Shown: one piece after another, positions 18,897 to 28,967 of the stretch
Layout of the letters: each line of letters opens with the position of its first letter
Position numbering within the stretch: the first letter of the stretch is position 1
DNA from: Ignavibacteria bacterium
Lineage (GTDB): Bacteria; Bacteroidota; Ignavibacteria; UBA10030
DNA: 64,000 bases
Reading direction: 5' to 3'
Assembly (NCBI GenBank): GCA_016873805.1
Contig: VGVZ01000005.1
Span: 59,593-123,592, forward strand
Notes under the pieces: generated by a model
Told to the model about the DNA's origin: nothing
The model's input: the letters and a program-made list of their open reading frames with translations, nothing else
Databases searched by the model: none
Program-made: the position numbers and the translations under genes

Positions 18897-21800
18897 ATGC
18901 AGAGTTACATTCACCTCCATAATCATTCCCATTACAGTCTCCTTGATGGTGCCGCGACAGTCGAAGGACTCGTGCAAGCCGCGGTGGCCAATAAGATGCA
19001 GGCCGTTGCACTGACCGATCACGGAGTCCTTTCAGGCGCGATCGAATTCTACAAAAAGGCGCTCAAAGCCGGGGTCAAACCGATCATCGGTTTCGAGGCT
19101 TATATTGTGACAAAGGGGAGCAGGTACGACAAAGGTTCCTCCGGGGAGATGGGGACACGCGGGAGAGGAAAGGCGCCGTATCATCATATTCTTCTCCTCG
19201 CAAAGGATGAAACGGGCTACAAGAACCTCGTCAAGCTCAGTACGCTTGGGTACACCGAGGGATTCTACTACAAACCTCGCATCGATCTCGAACTGCTCGC
19301 AAAATTCAAAGATGGCATCGTTGCGACCTCGGCGTGCCCCGGTGGAGTTGTGTCCGCCTCCCTGGCAAACGACGCATATGACGAAGCACTCGAAGTCGCG
19401 GGCCTCTATCGAGACCTGTTTGGTGAAGACTTCTACATCGAAATCCAGAATCATGGGTTGGACATCGAGGTGCCGATCTTGAAACATGCACCTCGGTTGG
19501 CGAAGGAATTGGGACTGAAACTTGTCGCGACCAACGATGTACACTACATCGAGCGTGATCATGCCCTTCCTCACAACATCATGCTGTTGATTCCGGACGC
19601 GAGCAGCACGAACTCGCCGGACTACATGTCTCTCCGCTACAAGACCGACCAGCTCTATTTCAAATCTGCTCAGGAAATGGGAGAGTTGTTCAAGGAATTT
19701 CCCCAAGCCCTGAGGTCGACCGTGGAGATTGTCGAGAAATGCAATCTTGAGTTGGATCTCAAGCGGACGTACATGCCCAGGTTTCCGATCCCCGATGGCT
19801 TGGGGGCCCAAACACTTGAAGAATATCTTGATCGATTGACGAGGGAACGAATCAAGGAACGATATCCTGTGATCACACCTGAAATCACGGAACGGCTTGA
19901 CTATGAACTCTCCGTGATCAAGGGAATGCAATACGCGGGATATTTCCTCATCGTGCAGGATTTTATCAATGCCGCTCGCGCGATGGGGGTGCGGGTGGGC
20001 CCCGGACGCGGAAGCGCGGCGGGAAGCCTCGTCTCGTACGCTCTTGGCATCACCGACGTCGATCCGTTGTACTATGGGCTGCTCTTTGAGCGTTTCCTCA
20101 ATCCGGAGCGGATCAGCATGCCCGACATCGACGTCGATTTCTCGGACGACAGACGTGAGAAGGTGATCCAGTATGTGCGTGAGAAGTATGGGGCCGATTC
20201 GGTCTCTCAGATCATCACGTTCGGCACCCTCTCTTCGCGTGCGGTCCTGAAAGACGTTGGTCGCGTTCTCGGCATTCCGCTCTCTACGATCGAATCGATT
20301 ACGAAGCAGATCCCGGTGATCCAAGGTAAGGTGCCGCCGCTCGCCGAAGCGATCGAGACCATTCCGGATCTTCGGTGGGTGAAAGAAAGCAAGGACGAAC
20401 AGATCCGGATGATGGTGGACGCCGCACTCGTGCTCGAAGGGATGAACCGCAATGCATCGACGCACGCGGCGGGCGTTGTCATCGCCCCGGGCGATATCAG
20501 CGACTATGTCCCTCTCTACAAGACGCCCCAAACCGAATTGGTGACGCAGTACAACATGAAGGATCTTGAGGATGCCGGACTCCTCAAGATGGACTTCTTG
20601 GGCCTGCGGACGCTGACTGTCCTGGAGAACGCGCTCGCGCTCATCAAAGACAACCATGGTATCGATCTGGATCTCGACAAGCTACCGGTGGACGACCAGA
20701 AGACCTTTGAGCTTTTTTCAAAGGGACAGACCGTCGCAATGTTTCAGTTCGAGAGCTCGGGCATGCAAGACTATCTCCGCAAGCTCAAACCCACCGTCAT
20801 TCACGATCTCGTTGCGATGAATGCTCTCTATCGGCCGGGACCGATGCAGATGATCGATGATTTCATCGCTCGAAAACACGGGCGACAGCAGATCAACTAT
20901 TTGCATCCCAAGCTCGAGGGAATCCTGAAGGAGACGTACGGCATTATCGTCTATCAGGAACAAGTGATGAGAATCGCGAGCGAGATTGCCGGACTGAGTC
21001 TTGCAAAAGCTGATCTCATGCGGCGGGCGATGGGGAAAAAAGACAAGCTCCTGATGGCCGAGCAGAAGAAAGAGTTCATCACAGGTGCGCTCGCCAAAGG
21101 AATCGACAAACGGATTGCATCGGAAATCTTTGACCTTATCGAGCAGTTCGCGTCTTATGGCTTCAACAAATCGCACAGTGTTGCGTACACTGTGCTTGCC
21201 TATCAAACGGCGTATCTAAAAGCGCATTATCCGGCGGAGTACATGGCTGCCACGCTCACGAGTGAGATTGGCGACACGGACAAGATTGTTCTCTTTATCG
21301 ACGAATGTCGGAAGATCGGGATCGACGTCCTTCCGCCTGACGTCAACGAAAGCGGAGTGAAATTCAGCGTGACACCGACCGGAATCCGATTTGGACTCAG
21401 CGCAATCAAGAATGTCGGTGTGGGAGCTGTTGAGCAGATCGTTCAGGCGCGGGAAGCAAAGGGACGCTTCAAAGACATTTTTGATTTTGCCGCGCGTGTT
21501 GATTTGCGATCCGTAAACAAGAAGACGATGGAAAGTCTGATCCAATCCGGCGCATTCGATTCACTCCACAGCAATCGCGCCCAGCTCTATGAGTCGGTAG
21601 AAAAGGCGATTGCGTACGGACAAACGCATCAAGAGGCGCAAGGGATGGGTCAGTCGAGTCTCTTCGACTCGCCGACGGCGAGGATTCTTCCGAGGGTAAG
21701 TCTCCCGGGAGTACCGACCTGGACCGAGGCCGAAAAACTTTCCCGAGAAAAAACCGTTCTGGGATTCTATGTCTCGGGACATCCGCTGTTGAAGTTCGAA

Positions 21801-22361
21801 GCGGAACTCGAAGGATTCGCTACTGCAACATTTGGGTCCTGCGAAGGGATCAAGCCGAACAGCATCGTGCGGCTCGGGGGTGTCATTACCGCCGTCAAGA
21901 AGAAGATTGACAAACGGGGAAACATGATGGCCTTTGTCACGCTGGAGGATTTCACCGGAAAGGGGGAGTGCATCGTGTTTTCGGATCCGTTCCAGAAATA
22001 TGGAGAGTATCTCCGGCCCGAGGCGATGATTTTTGTCGTGGGGAAGGCCGACATATCGGGCGAATCGCTGAAGATCCTTGTCAACGAAGTCATCCCCATC
22101 GAGCAGGTGAGGGATAGACTCACGAAGCGGATCAATCTCCGTCTTGATCTCGATCGGGTAGACGAGCAAACCATCGTCGAATTGAGGCAGATCCTTGAGC
22201 GGCACCGCGGCAGCTGCGCGTGCTACTTCACAGTTGCCGGTGGCAGCTATGCCAAGAATTCGCTATATTTGACGCGTCGTTTTGTCGTGGCACCGACCCA
22301 GGAATTCATGGACTCGGTGACGAAGCTTCTCGGAGCTCACGCAATCCGGCTTGAAGGATAG
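18897..22361 (+). CDS. dnaE: DNA polymerase III subunit alpha
   Basis: HLHNHSHYSLLDGA PHP, GPGRGSAAGS, SMPDIDVDF, LKMDFLGL, YGFNKSH; no intein seen. Confidence 0.97.
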   Translation: MQSYIHLHNHSHYSLLDGAATVEGLVQAAVANKMQAVALTDHGVLSGAIEFYKKALKAGVKPIIGFEAYIVTKGSRYDKGSSGEMGTRGRGKAPYHHILLLAKDETGYKNLVKLSTLGYTEGFYYKPRIDLELLAKFKDGIVATSACPGGVVSASLANDAYDEALEVAGLYRDLFGEDFYIEIQNHGLDIEVPILKHAPRLAKELGLKLVATNDVHYIERDHALPHNIMLLIPDASSTNSPDYMSLRYKTDQLYFKSAQEMGELFKEFPQALRSTVEIVEKCNLELDLKRTYMPRFPIPDGLGAQTLEEYLDRLTRERIKERYPVITPEITERLDYELSVIKGMQYAGYFLIVQDFINAARAMGVRVGPGRGSAAGSLVSYALGITDVDPLYYGLLFERFLNPERISMPDIDVDFSDDRREKVIQYVREKYGADSVSQIITFGTLSSRAVLKDVGRVLGIPLSTIESITKQIPVIQGKVPPLAEAIETIPDLRWVKESKDEQIRMMVDAALVLEGMNRNASTHAAGVVIAPGDISDYVPLYKTPQTELVTQYNMKDLEDAGLLKMDFLGLRTLTVLENALALIKDNHGIDLDLDKLPVDDQKTFELFSKGQTVAMFQFESSGMQDYLRKLKPTVIHDLVAMNALYRPGPMQMIDDFIARKHGRQQINYLHPKLEGILKETYGIIVYQEQVMRIASEIAGLSLAKADLMRRAMGKKDKLLMAEQKKEFITGALAKGIDKRIASEIFDLIEQFASYGFNKSHSVAYTVLAYQTAYLKAHYPAEYMAATLTSEIGDTDKIVLFIDECRKIGIDVLPPDVNESGVKFSVTPTGIRFGLSAIKNVGVGAVEQIVQAREAKGRFKDIFDFAARVDLRSVNKKTMESLIQSGAFDSLHSNRAQLYESVEKAIAYGQTHQEAQGMGQSSLFDSPTARILPRVSLPGVPTWTEAEKLSREKTVLGFYVSGHPLLKFEAELEGFATATFGSCEGIKPNSIVRLGGVITAVKKKIDKRGNMMAFVTLEDFTGKGECIVFSDPFQKYGEYLRPEAMIFVVGKADISGESLKILVNEVIPIEQVRDRLTKRINLRLDLDRVDEQTIVELRQILERHRGSCACYFTVAGGSYAKNSLYLTRRFVVAPTQEFMDSVTKLLGAHAIRLEG

Positions 22362-22382
22362 TCCGTTTCCATGGGAGGTATG

Positions 22383-22706
22383 ATGAAACCTGTAGAACTC
22401 ACTGACAAGAATTTCGAGAGCGAAGTCGTGAAATCTGAGAAGCCGGTTCTTGTGGACTTCTGGGCGGCTTGGTGTGGTCCCTGCAAAATGATCGCGCCGA
22501 TCGTTGAGGAACTCGCGACGGAGCTTTCTGGAAAACTGAAAGTCGGGAAAGTCGATGTCGACGTCAACCAACAGGTGGCCCAACAGTTCGGGATCCGCAG
22601 CATTCCCACGCTTCTGGTCTTCAAGGGAGGACGAGTGGTCGACCAAATCGTCGGGGCGGTTCCGAAAAACGTCTTGACTGAAAAGGTCTCCAAGCATCTG
22701 AGTTGA
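22383..22706 (+). CDS. trxA: Thioredoxin
   Basis: [19 protein letters not shown]. Confidence 0.96.
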   Translation: MKPVELTDKNFESEVVKSEKPVLVDFWAAWCGPCKMIAPIVEELATELSGKLKVGKVDVDVNQQVAQQFGIRSIPTLLVFKGGRVVDQIVGAVPKNVLTEKVSKHLS

Positions 22707-22719
22707 CTTCCCCAATGTG

Positions 22720-22767
22720 AAATGCGAGAACGCCAGAGTCAGCATCAAGGCTTCTCGCATTTTTGTT
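22720..22767 (+). terminator. Terminator-like hairpin after trxA
   Basis: AAATGCGAGAA / TTCTCGCATTT stem plus T tract. Confidence 0.65.
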
Positions 22768-22813
22768 CCCGGAGATGACAATCGTAATGGTGGACCAACG
22801 CTAGGATATTCTT

Positions 22814-24586
22814 GTGAAAACATTCAACAAACGGACGCATACATGTGGTGAGCTTCGAACGTCTCATGTCGGACAGACTGTGGTTCTCACGGGTTGGGTC
22901 GATCGGCGACGCGACCTCGGCGGGGTCATCTTTATCGACCTCCGGGATCGATACGGCAAGACGCAGATCGTGATTTCCGGAAAAGAGGATTCGAGGGCGT
23001 ACGAAGAAGCGAAAACACTGCGTTCGGAATACGTCGTTTCCGTCACCGGTGAGGTAGAACGACGCCCGGAGGGAACAGAAAACCCCGAGATGGCGACTGG
23101 TGCGATCGACGTGAGGATTCGCGAATTATCGGTCCTCAACAAGGCCGATACGCCCCCGTTTACGCTCGAGGATGATGCGGACGTGTCAGAAGATCTTCGC
23201 CTTCGGTTCCGCTATCTGGATCTCCGAAGACCGCGCATGCAGAAGAACATTCTCCTTCGTCATCGTGCCTATCAGATCGTTCGGGCATACTACGACAGGC
23301 TGGGGTTTGTGGAGGTCGAGACCCCCGTCTTGATGAAGAGCACGCCGGAGGGAGCAAGGGACTACCTCGTTCCAAGCAGGATCCACAAGGGGAAATTCTA
23401 TGCGCTGCCGCAGTCGCCGCAGACATACAAGCAGATCTTGATGGTCGCCGGATTCGACAGGTACTTCCAGATTGTGAAGTGTTTTCGCGATGAAGACCTT
23501 CGGGCCGATCGCCAGCCCGAATTCACGCAGATCGATGTGGAGATGTCATTCGTCGATGAACAAGATGTATACGAAATGACGGAAGGGCTGATGGCTGAAC
23601 TCTTCCGCGGCATCCTCGATCTGGAGATTGAGCGTCCGTTGCGCCGTCTGACGTACAAAGAAGCGATGGAGAAGTACGGGAGCGACAAGCCGGACGATCG
23701 CTTTGGAATGACGCTCACCATGCTCTCTGACGTCGTCGCGAAAAGCGGATTTCGAGTCTTCAGCGAGACCGTTGCCGGAGGAAGCATCGTTTCAGGATTC
23801 GCCGTTCCGGGCCTCGCAAACTCCACGCGGAATCAGCTCGATGGTCTCACGGCTCTGGCGAAATCAATGGGAGCCGGGGGATTGATCTATATGAAAGTCA
23901 CTGAGGGGGGAATCGAAAGTTCGGTTGACAAATTCGTTTCACCAGGAGAGAAGCAGGCGATCGTCGAAAGAATTGGAGCGCAGAGGGGTGATCTCTGCTT
24001 GATTGTAACCGGCCCCTGGCAAAAGACACTTTCAGTCTTGGGGGCTCTCAGACTCGAAATGGCAGACCGCTTGAATCTCATTCCTCACGATGTCTGGAAT
24101 CTACTCTGGGTGACGGACTTTCCGTTGCTGGAATACGATTCGGAAGAAAAGCGATTTGTTGCCGTTCATCATCCCTTCACATCACCGAAATTCGAAGATG
24201 TGGGAATGCTTGATTCCGATCCTGGCAAAACCCGCGCACGTGCCTATGATCTTGTGCTGAATGGAAATGAGATCGCGGGTGGGAGTATCAGGATTCACGA
24301 TTCGAAACTGCAAAGCAAGATGTTTACATTGCTCGGGATTGGTGAAGAGGATGCACGAAGGAAGTTCGGATTCATGCTCGATGCGTTTCGATACGGAGCC
24401 CCGCCGCATGGCGGAATCGCGTTTGGCTTTGACCGGATCGTCATGCTCCTCGCAGGAGAAGAGTCGATCCGCGAGGTCATTGCCTTTCCGAAAACATCGA
24501 GCGGCTTGTCACCCATGGATGATTCACCCTCTGAAGTCGACCAGAAACAGTTGGACGAGCTGGGGATCGGTCGCCTCAAAAAATAG
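22814..24586 (+). CDS. aspS: Aspartate--tRNA ligase
   Basis: RTHTCGEL, STPEGARDY, LPQSPQ, FRDEDLRADRQPEF, GAPPHGG. Confidence 0.97.
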   Translation: MKTFNKRTHTCGELRTSHVGQTVVLTGWVDRRRDLGGVIFIDLRDRYGKTQIVISGKEDSRAYEEAKTLRSEYVVSVTGEVERRPEGTENPEMATGAIDVRIRELSVLNKADTPPFTLEDDADVSEDLRLRFRYLDLRRPRMQKNILLRHRAYQIVRAYYDRLGFVEVETPVLMKSTPEGARDYLVPSRIHKGKFYALPQSPQTYKQILMVAGFDRYFQIVKCFRDEDLRADRQPEFTQIDVEMSFVDEQDVYEMTEGLMAELFRGILDLEIERPLRRLTYKEAMEKYGSDKPDDRFGMTLTMLSDVVAKSGFRVFSETVAGGSIVSGFAVPGLANSTRNQLDGLTALAKSMGAGGLIYMKVTEGGIESSVDKFVSPGEKQAIVERIGAQRGDLCLIVTGPWQKTLSVLGALRLEMADRLNLIPHDVWNLLWVTDFPLLEYDSEEKRFVAVHHPFTSPKFEDVGMLDSDPGKTRARAYDLVLNGNEIAGGSIRIHDSKLQSKMFTLLGIGEEDARRKFGFMLDAFRYGAPPHGGIAFGFDRIVMLLAGEESIREVIAFPKTSSGLSPMDDSPSEVDQKQLDELGIGRLKK

Positions 24587-24621
24587 GCTGTACTCGTACG
24601 ATCACTATCGGCGGAGGACTC

Positions 24622-25668
24622 ATGGTCGGAATCGTGGGATATGGCGCGTACCTTCCTCGCTACCGGATCAAAGCCGAGACGATTGCTCGGCAGTGGGGGG
24701 CAGATGCAGAGGCAATCAAGCGGGGGCTTCAACTCACCGAAAAAACCGTTCCCGGACAGGACGAGGACACGATCACAATTTCCGTGGAGGCGGCCCGCGG
24801 CGCGATCCAGAGGGCGCAGATCGATCCGCAGGAAATTGGCGCAGTCTACATCGGATCCGAATCCCATCCATACGCAGTCAAACCGAGCGGAACGGTTCTG
24901 ATTGACGCACTGGGAATTGGACCGCATGTTCATGTCGCAACAAATGAGTTCGCATGCAAGGCCGGTTCGGAGGCGATGTATGTGGCCTACAGCCATGTGA
25001 AGTCCGGAGAAATGAAATACGCACTCGGAATCGGGGCTGATACTTCCCAGGGGGCCCCCGGCGACGCTCTTGAGTATTCTGCTTCGGCGGGAGGAGCGGC
25101 GTTCATCATGGGGACCGAACGCGTCGCGGCAGAGATCCTTTTCACTCATTCGTACACTTCAGACACCCCTGATTTCTGGCGGCGCGAGGGTGAATTCTAT
25201 CCACGACACGCAGGACGATTCACCGGTGATCCGGCGTACTTCAAACACATTGTGGGAGCGGGGCAGGCTCTGCTGGAGAAATCGAAACTTGCGCCGAAGG
25301 ATTTCACACACGCCGTCTTTCACATGCCGAACGGAAAATTTCCGCAGGAAGCCGGTCGTCGACTGGGATTCACCAAGCAGCAACTGGAATTTGGATGGAT
25401 TGTGCCATTGATGGGCAACACCTACTCGGGTTCCTCCCCGACAGGACTTGCCGCGATCCTCGACGTGGCCAATCCGGGCGATCTCATCTTCATGGTGTCG
25501 TTTGGTTCGGGAGCGGGGAGTGATGGATTCGTCTATCGGGTGACCGAAGAGATCAAGGCGATAAAGGATCGCGCGCCGAAGGTGCGATCAATGCTGGACA
25601 ACGGCAAGATTTATCTGGACTACGGCCAGTACACGAAGCATAGACACAAAATCAAACTCAACGAATAA
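24622..25668 (+). CDS. Hydroxymethylglutaryl-CoA synthase, archaeal type
   Basis: [33 protein letters not shown] (catalytic Cys), [29 protein letters not shown]. Confidence 0.9.
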   Translation: MVGIVGYGAYLPRYRIKAETIARQWGADAEAIKRGLQLTEKTVPGQDEDTITISVEAARGAIQRAQIDPQEIGAVYIGSESHPYAVKPSGTVLIDALGIGPHVHVATNEFACKAGSEAMYVAYSHVKSGEMKYALGIGADTSQGAPGDALEYSASAGGAAFIMGTERVAAEILFTHSYTSDTPDFWRREGEFYPRHAGRFTGDPAYFKHIVGAGQALLEKSKLAPKDFTHAVFHMPNGKFPQEAGRRLGFTKQQLEFGWIVPLMGNTYSGSSPTGLAAILDVANPGDLIFMVSFGSGAGSDGFVYRVTEEIKAIKDRAPKVRSMLDNGKIYLDYGQYTKHRHKIKLNE

Positions 25669-25679
25669 GGAGGCCCCCA

Positions 25680-26831
25680 ATGAGAGACGTCTATGTAATC
25701 GGGGCTGGGATGACGCCGTTCGGAGAATTGTGGAACAAGTCGATTCGCGAGATCTTCGTCGATGCGGCCATGTTGGCAATTGAAGATGCCGGTGTCGACC
25801 ACATCGATTCACTGTACGTTGGATCGATGTCTCCGGGATTGTTTGTCGGTCAGGAACATTTGGGACCGGTCGTCGCAGATTTCCTCGGGGTGACTCCAGT
25901 GCCGGCGACGCGCGTCGAATCGGCGTGCGCATCGGGCGGCGTATCGTTTCGGCAGGCTTTTCTCGAGGTGGCTTCGGGCGTGAGTGAGATTGTTCTTGCA
26001 GGAGGCGTGGAGAAAATGACCGATGGCGCCGACGTCACGGAGGCGCTTGCGACCGCAGCCGATCAGGAGTATGAAGTCTACCATGGGGTCACATTTCCAG
26101 GGTTGTACGCCATGATTGCGCGGGCCCACATGCACCAATTCGGGACGACACGCCAACAACTGGCGGAGGTCGCGGTGAAAAATCACCGAAATGGAATGAA
26201 GAATCCAAACGCGCAGTTTCGATCGGAAATCACAAATGAGCAAGTTGTAAAGTCCACGATGGTGGCGGATCCATTGCGGCTTCTCGATTGTTCACCCGTC
26301 AGCGATGGCGGCGCGGGAGTCATCCTGGCATCTGCCGACGTGGCAAAGAAAATGAAGAGCCGCGCTGTCAAGGTGATCGCCTCGACTCAGGCCTCGGACA
26401 CCATTGCCCTCCATGACCGAACCGACCTTACCACACTCGGTGCGGTAGTCCGTGCCGCCGAAAAAGCGTACGCTATGGCAGGGAAGAAGCCGAGCGACGT
26501 CAATCTCGCAGAAGTCCATGATTGTTTCACGATCGCAGAAATCGTGATCTCGGAGGATTTGGGATTCTTCGAGAAGGGGAAAGGGGGAGAGGCCGTTGAG
26601 AAAGGGTTGACCGCTCGAGAATGCGGAAAGATCCCCATCAATTCCAGCGGGGGGCTGAAATCGAAAGGACATCCTGTGGGCGCAACCGGCATTGCTCAGA
26701 TTATCGAACTCTACGAGCAACTCACAGGACGCGGCGGCGAGCGACAGGTGAAGAAGGCAAATATCGGTCTTGCCCAGAACATGGGTGGGAGCGGCGCCAG
26801 CTGTGTCATCCATATCCTGGAGGCCATATGA
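25680..26831 (+). CDS. Acetyl-CoA acetyltransferase (archaeal/SCP-x-type thiolase)
   Basis: [43 protein letters not shown]. Confidence 0.92.
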   Translation: MRDVYVIGAGMTPFGELWNKSIREIFVDAAMLAIEDAGVDHIDSLYVGSMSPGLFVGQEHLGPVVADFLGVTPVPATRVESACASGGVSFRQAFLEVASGVSEIVLAGGVEKMTDGADVTEALATAADQEYEVYHGVTFPGLYAMIARAHMHQFGTTRQQLAEVAVKNHRNGMKNPNAQFRSEITNEQVVKSTMVADPLRLLDCSPVSDGGAGVILASADVAKKMKSRAVKVIASTQASDTIALHDRTDLTTLGAVVRAAEKAYAMAGKKPSDVNLAEVHDCFTIAEIVISEDLGFFEKGKGGEAVEKGLTARECGKIPINSSGGLKSKGHPVGATGIAQIIELYEQLTGRGGERQVKKANIGLAQNMGGSGASCVIHILEAI

Positions 26832-27217
26832 TCTCACCGCGATACGCAAGGGAAATACCACAGCGATATCAACTCGTGGCGGCGCGATGTACGTCGTGTG
26901 GAACAATCGGATTCCCTCCACGACGCGTCTGCAAACACTGCCGCGGCAGACAATTTGAGCCGACAAAGCTCGATAGTGATGGAAAAATCCTCACCTTCAC
27001 GATTATCCGCGTTGGGGCTGATCGGTTTTCGAAGCAGACCCCGTACGCCGTTGCCGTCATCGAGCTCAACGACGGCACTCGACTCACGGCGCAAGTAACC
27101 GATTGCGAGCTGGAAAGTCTTGAAATTGGGCAAAAAGTCCGGCTTGTTTTTCGCAAGATTCAGGAGGATGGAAAAGCAGGAATCCTCTGTTATGGCTACA
27201 AGGCAATCTGTGTCTGA
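26828..27217 (+). CDS. DUF35 Zn-ribbon/OB-fold protein (thiolase/HMGS scaffold subunit)
   Basis: [50 protein letters not shown]; ATGA overlap with thiolase. Confidence 0.9.
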   Translation: MISPRYAREIPQRYQLVAARCTSCGTIGFPPRRVCKHCRGRQFEPTKLDSDGKILTFTIIRVGADRFSKQTPYAVAVIELNDGTRLTAQVTDCELESLEIGQKVRLVFRKIQEDGKAGILCYGYKAICV

Positions 27218-27259
27218 TTCCAACCCTTGTCCATAGACGTTCTCGATCAAGGAGCAGTT

Positions 27260-28621
27260 GTGAAGGAGAGTGTTCGCATTGCATCCGGTCAGGGTTTTTG
27301 GGGTGATCTTCCCAATGCGCCGATCGATCAGGTCACGAAGGGACCGATCGACTACATCATGATGGATTTTCTGGCGGAAGTAACGATGTCCATCATGCAG
27401 AAGCAGAAGAAGCGAAATCCTGAGCTTGGGTACGCCAGAGACCTCATAACAATCATTGATCAGATTCTGCCCGTCTGTGTGGAAAGGAAAATCAAGATTA
27501 TCACAAACGGAGGCGGAGCGAATCCGCGCGCTTGCCGCGATGCCGTGTTCGCTTGTGCCCGCACGCATGGCATCAAAGGGTTGAAGATTGGAACCGTGTA
27601 TGGCGACGACATCCTGCCTCGACTCGACGGCTTGCGCAAGAAGGGGATGTTGTTCACCAATCTGGAAACAGGTCGGACAATCGAGCATATCGGCCACAAG
27701 ATTCTAAGCGCGAATGTCTATTTTGGCGCGATGCCGATCGTGAAGGCCCTTCGCCAAGGAGCACAGATCGTCATCACGGGCCGCACGACCGACACCGGAT
27801 TGACCCTTGCTCCGATGATTCACGAATTCGGATGGAAACAAAACGAGTGGGACAAACTGGCCGCTGGCACCGTTGCCGGCCATATACTGGAATGCGGCGG
27901 CCAGGCGTCCGGCGGGAATTTTTCCGGTGATTGGCGTTCGGTTCCCGATCTGGCCCATATCGGCTTCCCGATCGCCGAGGCGCATGCGAACGGTGACGTC
28001 GTTATCACGAAACACGAAGCCACCGGTGGAATGGTAACGATGCAAACCGTGAAGGAGCAGTTGCTGTACGAAATTGGCGACCCACGTACGTACATTACTC
28101 CGGACTGCATCGCCGATTTCACATCGATCGAGTTGTCGGATGACGGGAAAGATCGGGTCAAGATCTCCGGCGTCAAAGGTCGGGCAGCAACGGATACGTA
28201 CAAAGTCTCAATGTCGTACCTGGACGGATATACGGCGTTCGGCACCCTCACGTATGCTTGGCCCGATGCCCTCGAGAAGGCAAAAGCGGCGGACGAAATC
28301 CTGAGAACCCGACTCAGCGATATGGGGCTGGCCTACGAAGAGATACGTTCCGAATTCCTGGGATACAATTCATGTCACGGTCCTCTCGCGCAAAAAATCG
28401 ATGATGTCAATGAAGTCGTCCTTCGCGTCGGAGTGCGCAGCCATGATCACAGGGCGGTGGAAGCCTTTGGGAGGGAGATCGCTCCCCTCATCCTCACAGG
28501 TCCACCGACCGTGACGGGATTTTCCGGAGGCCGGCCAAAACCGAGCGAGGTGATAGCGTACTGGCCGGCCCTGATTGCCAAACAGTGCGTCACGCCACGT
28601 GTGGTGGTGAAAGAGGTGTAA
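27260..28621 (+). CDS. AtuA/DUF1446 family protein (large subunit)
   Basis: VRIASGQGFWGD, DFLAEVTM, ITNGGGANP, SANVYFGA, TGRTTD, AGHILECGGQ, VKEQLLYEIGDP..YITPD; GGAG SD before GTG. Confidence 0.88.
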   Translation: MKESVRIASGQGFWGDLPNAPIDQVTKGPIDYIMMDFLAEVTMSIMQKQKKRNPELGYARDLITIIDQILPVCVERKIKIITNGGGANPRACRDAVFACARTHGIKGLKIGTVYGDDILPRLDGLRKKGMLFTNLETGRTIEHIGHKILSANVYFGAMPIVKALRQGAQIVITGRTTDTGLTLAPMIHEFGWKQNEWDKLAAGTVAGHILECGGQASGGNFSGDWRSVPDLAHIGFPIAEAHANGDVVITKHEATGGMVTMQTVKEQLLYEIGDPRTYITPDCIADFTSIELSDDGKDRVKISGVKGRAATDTYKVSMSYLDGYTAFGTLTYAWPDALEKAKAADEILRTRLSDMGLAYEEIRSEFLGYNSCHGPLAQKIDDVNEVVLRVGVRSHDHRAVEAFGREIAPLILTGPPTVTGFSGGRPKPSEVIAYWPALIAKQCVTPRVVVKEV

Positions 28622-28951
28622 ATGAAAGTGAAGCTTCTCGATATTTGTCATGCTCGTTCGGGAGACAAAGGGGACAGTGCGAATATTGGTCTCGTGGCGC
28701 GAAAGCCGGAATTCTATCCAATCCTCGAGCAATATGTTACGGCGGAGGCCGTGAAGAAACATTTTGACGGAATAGCCCTCGGGTCGGTCGAGCGATACGA
28801 GCTTCCCAATCTCTGGGCACTCAACTTTATCCTGAACAACGCCCTCGGTGGGGGCGGAACCCGCTCGTTGAAGAATGATGCGCAGGGGAAGACTCTATCC
28901 ACCGCCCTGCTCAGGATGGTAATCGATGTCAATGAATCAGTGGATCTGTAG
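28622..28951 (+). CDS. AtuA-related small ferredoxin-fold protein
   Basis: HARSGDKGD, VERYELPNL.ALNF, LGGGG..SL..DAQGK; starts immediately after the upstream stop. Confidence 0.85.
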   Translation: MKVKLLDICHARSGDKGDSANIGLVARKPEFYPILEQYVTAEAVKKHFDGIALGSVERYELPNLWALNFILNNALGGGGTRSLKNDAQGKTLSTALLRMVIDVNESVDL

Positions 28952-28967
28952 ATTGGGAGGATGAACG

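Noticed and set aside
19032-20657. 541-aa ORF antisense to dnaE (likewise 48304-49536 opposite pnp and 29617-30795 opposite prfB/lol)
   Set aside because: Antisense shadow frames with no domain signature.
22814-23200. AspRS discriminating vs non-discriminating status (RRDLGG with RRPEG)
   Set aside because: Signature residues are mixed; this cannot be called without an alignment and knowledge of asnS/gatCAB.
24622-27217. Possible phlACB (DAPG acetyltransferase) cluster
   Set aside because: No type III PKS (phlD) nearby, and the HMGS-like gene keeps its catalytic Cys/His/Glu, unlike PhlA.
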